Assembly (NCBI RefSeq): GCF_006345805.1
Contig: NC_043015.1
Coordinates: 2,976,001-3,040,000 of the forward strand
Source of the DNA: Octopus sinensis
Taxonomy: Eukaryota
Direction: 5' to 3'
DNA length: 64,000 nucleotides
This document shows positions 56,238 through 64,000 of the stretch, piece after piece. Made by a program: the position numbers and the translations under genes. Below the pieces are notes generated by a model that worked only from the letters and a program-made list of their open reading frames with translations, did no database searches and was not told the origin of the DNA. Position 1 is the stretch's first letter, and every line of letters begins with the position of its first letter.

Positions 56238-56290
56238 AGCTTCCTGAAGAAGATTTCTCTTGAATGAACAGTTCTAGTCCTGTAGAAGCT
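56238..56290 (+). ncRNA. Hammerhead motif, damaged mirror copy
   Basis: Mirror of 50738-50788 with a 3-nt AGA duplication and GAAAC reduced to GAAC. Confidence 0.55.
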
Positions 56291-56298
56291 CCTTCTAT

Positions 56299-56333
<35 letters not shown>

Positions 56334-56999
56334 GGTGTTTGTGTGTGTGTTGTGTGTGTGTGTGTGTGTAGACAACGGCATTCTCACAGTATTCCTTTAC
56401 CATATCAACCCGGGGCTGCATTACAAGGCACTACATAACTAAGTGTAATGTTATTTAGTTCATTCCATCTAAATCAATATAGAACCTAATCAATTTATTT
56501 ATGTATTTGGAGATTTATGCACTAATTCTTAACTTTAACTCACTAAAAGTTTGCATTCAAAAATGTTTGATACTAGTATATAGTGCTTCACAGTCACAAC
56601 TACGTAATAATCTGCCTATGTGTGCATGCGTGTGTGTGCGTGTGTGTGTATGTGTGTGACTGTGTGTGCACAGTGCGTGTGTGCAGTGCGTGTGTGCAGT
56701 GCGCATGTGCAGTGCGTGTGCGCATGCGTTCGCATAGGTGTTGCTATACAAATTTGCGTATACATATAAATATATATATGTGTGTGTGTTTGTGTGTGTG
56801 TGTGCGTATGTGTGTGCGTATGTGTGGTAAGTAGCCTGCTTTCTGCGCGTGCGTGAATCTGTTGTTTCGCATTGAATGCTGTTAAGACGTTGATTTCGCA
56901 GCGCTCTTGAAGTGAAGTAATTTGAACGTGGAAATATGAGGTAAGAGGTTCTTTTTTTTGGTGTGGGGGGATTCAGTGGGGGTTTGTTTTTTGTTGTTC

Positions 57000-57900
57000 A
57001 ATTTTTTGCAGACAAGAAATCCCTACTGAGTTCCGGGACACTTGTCTGCCTATAGTTGCGATGTCTCAACAAATTGTGAAAATTATGATGTTTTAGGGGC
57101 TATCTCTTCTCCACAAATAGTGGGATTTTTTCACCAATTTTGGGTGAACTTTGTGGAAGCTTGGTTCCAGTTACGTGTTCCTGTTGCAATTTGGAGTACC
57201 TGTTGGCCTGGAGTACTTAGTGTCCGAAAAATGTATTTCTCTCGTGATTATGAACAGTTTTCTTTCCTTCTTCCTACTTTTTGTGACTTTGTTTTGAACA
57301 TTTCTCTTCCAAGAACATGGAGAAGAAAGAAGACACTGTGTTGGAGTGGGAGATTGTTCCTCTCAAAGAGTGGTTGAAAGATTTCTTTCTTCCCACATAT
57401 TGTGGGAAGATGTTGACAAGAGCGTAGGTCTGTAGGTTGCCAATCTGGCATGGATACTATCCGTCTGGGGCTGGGTGGTAGTAGATCCATGCTGCTAAAT
57501 GGGAAATTGATGCCGGCGGGTGATTAGGTTGTCTCAAGAGCTCTTTTGAACCTGTGAACCCATTCAGCCACAAGAATTCTGATCTTCCCAGATTTTTTAA
57601 CATGGCTGGTAGCAGGTATCCAGTGCTACTTGAGGTACGCCTCCCCAAATGTCACGTGTTCATGGAAACCAGGATAAGAGTAGGGTCCTGGAGCAATTAG
57701 TGGAAGAAACGCCCTCCTCTCCTCATTGAGGAGAGATGAAGACAGTCGAGAAGGGGGAAACCTCTTCGAATAAGAGCCGAAAAGGAAAGAAGGGAGTTAG
57801 TGGATAGGTTGTTACACTTAACATCGTGGTTAGTGGATTCACTTTCTGGAGACGGTGGCTGTTGTTGTTCTTGAGGAATATATTTCATTTCGTGTTGTTC
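57000..57900 (-). mobile_element. Decayed LINE ORF1 (gag-like, zinc-knuckle remnants)
   Basis: C-rich minus strand with FKTKSQKVGRRKENCS and PNCNRN remnants resembling the CCHC knuckles of I/Jockey-group ORF1; many frameshifts. Confidence 0.4.
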
Positions 57901-59214
57901 TCAGTTCCATTAAACAGCTGACGTGTAGTATTCCGTGGACTTGTCCAGGTAAAGTCGATTGCATGGAGGGGTTAAACAAATGTATTACACTTATAACACA
58001 ATTTCTTGCAGAATACAATACTTCGCACTACGAGTCTACCACCATCATCATTCAGATACTACTGTATTTACGATCGTGTTTTAAATTTAAGACACACTAA
58101 AATATTTCTCTAAATAGAGACCAGATCATTTCTTCGGAACATACTCTAGGATTATCTGAAAGCAGCCTCACATTTCTTTCGTCCAAATCCGCCTGCCTCA
58201 CTCTAACTAATATAGTCCTAGAATACCAGCAGTGGGAATCCACTCCGTGTACATATCTTGCACCCTACATATCATCCTCTCAGGAAAAGCAATAAATTTA
58301 ATCATCGGATAAATTAATCTAAAGACAGTACATGCTTGAATTTAGGATAGAGTTGTTATGGCTAAATTCAGAATGGCATGAGGCATTTTTGAACATAGGT
58401 ATGCTTATTTATAGATAATCCTGATCTTATACAAAAATGATTAGCAGGTGTATATTTCAAGATATATATTTGTAACATAAAATGTTATCAAATCCATGCA
58501 ACTTTGTTTGAATATATGAATGCTTAGTGCGTGTTATGTCTCAACTAATATTCTGTTATCAGACTGTTTAAAGCTAGTTTTATTAACTGCGTTTGACTTC
58601 CATTACCACAAAAAAAAACACACAATAACTACAACAATGCAGTGAGAAAAAGTTATATTTGGATAAGTAGATTGTTCCAAATTAAGATATTCTTGCGAAG
58701 TAAATATTGCGTAAAGATTACAAAAAGATTTTTACTTAACCTGATGTCATGAGGTAGTAAGAAATGAAATACCAAGTTCAGACATCCATGGCAAAAACTA
58801 GAGTAAGTAAAGTGTTGTTTTTTTGTGTGATTACATTTCTGTATATCTATCGGACATGAGAAAGAGAAAGACTGTTTTAGATTAACATCAATTTGCTGGT
58901 CACTTATTCTTTTTTTCATTTTAAGTAAATGCAAGACGAATCATATTATGGCGCGTAATTGTCGTTCTTTTTTCACAAATATAAAATGTAACCCTGCGTG
59001 AATCAATGTTTGTAATATATTAAATGACAGCATTTGATGTTAACTTCCAACAATAGAATTCCACACATATTTCTATAGATCTATACTACATATTGTTTAG
59101 CCGTACAAAAGTTTAGTGTCAGTTACATAACAAAAAGGTTTACATAAACATATTATCATAGCCAAAAATGTAAAGAGCATATTACGTATATAAGAAAGCA
59201 AGCAAACAAATATT

Positions 59215-59252
<38 letters not shown>

Positions 59253-59256
<4 letters not shown>

Positions 59257-59304
59257 ATTTGATTTTTCGAGTTTCAGCTAATGAGCTGTGGCCATGCTGG
59301 GGCA
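59253..59304 (-). mobile_element. Retroelement 3'-tail stub
   Basis: Minus strand TGCCCCAGCATGGCCACAGCTCATTAGCTGAAACTCGAAAAATCAAATCAAA, the same family as 22778-22834. Confidence 0.75.
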
Positions 59305-59310
59305 TATAAA

Positions 59311-59577
59311 ATAAAATACAAAATGGGACAAGAATGCAAAACATCCAGATAGACGATACAAAAACAAAATCACGAACGGGTCTTTCGAAACCTTTTATCT
59401 CGCAATTTCGGGTAATTAATCTTTAGATTACGAGGATGATCCGTTTCTTGACAGAAGATAAAAGGCTTCGAATGACCCGACCGTGCTTTTTTGTATTGTC
59501 TACCTGGATGTTTTGTTGTCCCCTTTTGTATCACCTAGTTGTCCGGATGTTTTGCGTCCTTGTCCCATTTTGTATTT

Positions 59578-59580
<3 letters not shown>
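59311..59580. repeat. Imperfect fold-back inverted repeat
   Basis: ATAAAATACAAAATGGGACAAG...TTCGAAACCTTTTATCT is mirrored by AGATAAAAGGCTTCGAA...CTTGTCCCATTTTGTATTTTAT; the right arm has an internal ~35-bp duplication. Confidence 0.8.
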
Positions 59581-59643
<63 letters not shown>

Positions 59644-61038
59644 GTACACCTGTATCTATATCTATATCTAACTATCTATCTATATATATGCATATACATA
59701 CACACACACAGACACATATATATCAATATATCATGCTTGCAATATTTGAAAATAATGTTGCTCCAAAATGTAAGTAGAAAAAAGTGAATTGAACAAAAGT
59801 ACCAATAAATATGAGACTGGGCACAAGCAAACGACTACTAATAATCCCTTACAAATATAGTTTTTTGGTGCATTGCTATATATTGGTTTTATGGAAATAG
59901 AATTCGTTATTTATAAAGTAATATTACTTAGTTTTATTCATTTAAAAGTATCCAGCTAAGTGATATTCAAGAAGAATCTCTAAAGAAAACACTTAGATGA
60001 AATTATCGATATAAATTATGCATGAAAACCCATACAATCATTATCACTTTTCTGCACGTATTAATGTGTTCATTGTGTAAGAAATTCTGATCAAACATTT
60101 TTACTTCCATGTACTACACTTCTGCGTCAAGCTTTGTATGTTATCATCTTTGTGCGTTGAAATTGGAATATTTGTCCTGATGTGTGTTGGTATATGTCAA
60201 TTTTTGTGTTCAAACATTGTGCCAGGTGTGAGTGTATATATATATAGATATCCTTACCATATACAATATACATTAACATATCTACCGCAGAGCTCTTTAT
60301 GAAAAATCTATAATGGAAATAATTCATAAACGTCATGATACTTATGTGTCTTAAATGTGCAGTTTTTTAAAAAAGATGAGTTATTTCACTTACCATTATA
60401 AAATATTCATGCCTTTAAAAAGATTATATATTCTAAAATTTTTAAAAGTAGACTAAATGTTGAATGAATTTACTTGCAGTTTGCTCTTTACACATTTAAA
60501 ACTTTTCTACTTGAGTCTGTCTAAAGAAAAATGTTTTCTGTATCTAAGTAATTCTATACAAGAAGTCTTAGGCAAATGTTCCTTATTTTCCATCGTGAGT
60601 TTCCCGATATTTTCAAGTGGTATAGGATTTGTTTGTTCGTAGAACACAAATAGAGGATTATATCGCTCAAAAGCATCACCTAATTAGAAGTGATAAATTT
60701 TCAGGTGAGGTACGAACACTAATAGTGTATTTCTGAATAATGTGGATTCCAAAACTACAGTTTTGTCTCTTCCTAGTCAATAACAATATAAAATTGTCCC
60801 CCAAAATCGGTCAACTATAATATCGTACAGAGCCAAAATGTTTTAAAGACAGGCATTCATCATAATTTGAATGATCGGAAAAAAACCTAAAATGTGTCAC
60901 AGTTGTCATCTTAGTAAGGAAGTGCAACGTTATATGTTGTCTTTCTTCGAAAGATTGACGGTTTTTACACAATATTTATAAAGTAAAGTACTTAGTAATA
61001 TAGATCTAAAGTGAAATGTGTCAATAAATATAAATGTA

Positions 61039-61248
61039 CAGTAAACCCCTCACCATATCGCGGTTCATCTATCGCGGACTGTGCTTAAGCTTACGTCGAT
61101 TCCTCCGTGGTGTTGTGTTGCATTTATAATAAAATAAACAAACTATAAAACATTTAATATAGACTACAGTACTGTTTCTATTTTGCGGATTTGCACGTAT
61201 CTCTGTGGGTTTTGAAACGTAACACTCGTGATAGTCGAGTTAATATTG
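61039..61248. mobile_element. Tigger/pogo-like MITE
   Basis: TA|CAGTAAACCCCTC...ATCGCGG at the left end and GGATTT...GAAACGTAACACTCGTGATAGTCGAG...ATTG|TA at the right end, the typical Tigger-derived MITE layout. Confidence 0.6.
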
Positions 61249-62290
61249 TATATACATTTAATTTAGATTTTGCAAAGCGATGGATAGAAATGCATAGAAA
61301 ATAAGAATTTCGTTTTATTCGAGAGAGAGGATCAGAATACGTATGCCGTAAGGGATGCTGCTAAAGGTACCGAAAACTGAATGATGATGCGTAAGCAGCA
61401 GGCTGGATGATATCGTAAACACATGAGTAGGAGCATTAAAACGCTCTACAAAATTGCAAGAACTCGATTTTGTTTGACTTAAGACAATGATAGAACTCCT
61501 GAAAAAGCATTATACTCTAGAAATTAATGTGTTGCTAAAACAGTGTTTTAACACTCACGTAATTAAGCTGCTTAAGTGCTACTTGAGTAATATCTCCATA
61601 AACGTTAATAAACTGAAAGGGAATCATTACAGAAATTACTAAACAATTTTAAAAATTCAAAATGTACAATTTTTATGTCAGATTAAGGGCTCATGGAGAA
61701 TGTAAATTCTCATTCATGTAGTGAGTCATATCTTGAAGATTTACGTTTTAATGGTTTATAGACATGGCTGTACGTATTTAAAATTGAGGCACCATGATAA
61801 TTGATACAGATTTATGTTCCTGTATTCTCTTCACAAGACCCAATAATGGTTAAAACTTTATATCCTACGGATGTTTCTCACAGTTCAGATTATAAATAAA
61901 CATAGACACAACCGAATATGTCACTGCTTCCTGGTGTTAGGAAAATATTTACTATGTTTACACTAAAGATTGTGAGTATTAGAGTGAGTGTGAGAGAGGA
62001 AATGCATGAGAGAGGGAGAGAGATAGATAGAGAGAAGCTTGGTACCATTTAAATAGTATAGAAGAGATGTTAAATTTCAATTTCATAAGTAAGAGATAAC
62101 TTCCATTCTCAACTTACTCCATTCAACATCACTTCTTTTTGTTGAATACATTCTTTCTGTTCGTGTTCATACATAAGTGCATACATTGATACATTCCTAC
62201 CTATATACAAATATGCATGCATACATTAACATACACACGCATATATATTATACATAATATATAGACACAAATCTTTATATAAATTCAAAC

Positions 62291-62327
<37 letters not shown>

Positions 62328-64000
62328 CTATATATATATATATATAATATATATATGTATGCTTCTCTATATATACACACCGTATATGTGTGTGTGCGTC
62401 AGTGTGATAACAAACAAATAAATATCTATTTAATTGCATATAGAATGTTGGTTTACACATTTGTTATTTAAAGAAACAGCCATCACAATTTCTTATCTTG
62501 TGTTCCGTTCCTTTAGCTACCAACTGGTAGATGTAATCATACATTTCTTTTTCTTTTTTTCTTTAGCTATGGCTTCTAGCTAAGAAATTCATTGATTTTA
62601 CTTCACATCAATCAAAATGTCTGTGAGAAGAAAGAAATATAAAGAAAAAAAATAAAATTCACTTTTGAAACCACCTGCCTGCGCAGTTTACCGACTAGAC
62701 GAAAATTAATCAACAGATAGACATCGGAGATAAAATCGCTTATTTGTGAAGAAAAACAACCATCCGTATTTAACTGCCAAACGACGGGGAATTATGTAGA
62801 CGAAAGTTTAGTTGTAGACAGAACGTATATTCACAAAAAATTATGAAATAAAGAATATTTATCGACCCTATGACACAAAGAACAATTACGTATTGTAAAT
62901 GAAACTAAAAGAAACAAAAGATTGGTACGAGCATTAACGACAACTATAATAGAGTATTCGCTTGATATGCCTACGTCTGAAAATCCAATCGATTTTGATT
63001 TCTTAACGCCAAATAAGACACATCATTTTTCTACTACCGACATGAGTATTTGCATCATTGCTTTATATTTTAATTGCAAACTTATATACAATATACCGCA
63101 AAGCGAATACCTGATTAGTGCTATTGGATGACATGTATAACTCACTAAATTTTAGTCTCTGAACTTTGAGCAAATCGCATTGCAGATAACGGAATGGTAA
63201 TCAATATTCGTGTCCTCAAGTTGACGTTGTACAAACTAGCATTCAATAAAATTTGAAATAAGTGGTTATAACATCATGAAATATTAAATACACGAAAAGG
63301 TGTTTCACGTACATTGAGTTGATCTGGAAGGTTGTGAGACATCGGTAAGTGCTGTCAGTGAAAAAGCAACGCATGATACAGTTGTAAAGTAAGTTGTTCC
63401 TTCTCACAGTGACAGGGATGCAATGAGACGAATGAGAATAAAGGACGTGAGTGTATTCTCAAGGAGCTATTATCCACCCTAATTCTTAAATCCACAGACA
63501 CACTTTATATTTGGATGTGTATTTTAGAACATAAAGCAAAATTGATCATCAAATCTCAATAGGGTATTCTGAAATTTCATATGTTAAGCTGCAGAAAACA
63601 ATGATAACAGAAAACAATCACTTCATTGTCGAGTCACGCAAAACAACTTACAAAGGAGACACTGCGGCAAACTCATAAAAAAACAGATACCTTTACACAC
63701 ATTCATATGTGTACGTACTTATCTACAAGCATACGTATATGTAAGCGCGCATTTATTTACGTATATATGTACGCGTGTATAGGTATGTATCTTTACACCT
63801 GTATGTCTATTATATATATATATATATATACAGATATATGCACAAATATACATGTGTGTTTTGTGTGTGTGTGTATGTATGTATATATATATACATATGT
63901 ATATATATGTATATTATATATTATATATATATATATATGCTTTAATATATATTTATTATTATTATTTAATTGAAAACGACGCATCCATTTTCAGATATAT

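Larger units (their letters stand above)
49886..56760. repeat. ~6.9 kb inverted duplication centred at about 53110
   Basis: Mirror blocks: 49886-50095/56500-56760, 50725-51150/55900-56305, 51530-52400/54700-55520 and 52668-53085/53110-53526. Confidence 0.92.

Overview
AT-rich, microsatellite-dense eukaryotic DNA; the SINE families and the (TA)n/(CA)n load suggest an octopus or other cephalopod (inference). I find no protein-coding gene I can support: almost all ORFs in the track are translations of microsatellites. The window is mostly mobile-element debris: three tRNA-type SINE families (one in tandem arrays), a non-autonomous Helitron, a Helitron PIF1-helicase relic, Tc1/mariner and Tigger-like MITEs, and decayed LINEs. 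Two things stand out. (1) A ~6.9 kb fold-back (49886-56760) is centred on two head-to-head, 5'-truncated copies of a Penelope-like GIY-YIG retroelement. It carries complete type I hammerhead ribozyme motifs with an atypical U.U at the base of stem II, and several smaller fold-backs of the same polarity occur elsewhere. (2) A full-length U6 snRNA retrocopy is fused to a ~60-nt retroelement 3' tail (20652-20823). All alignments and folds were done by eye.
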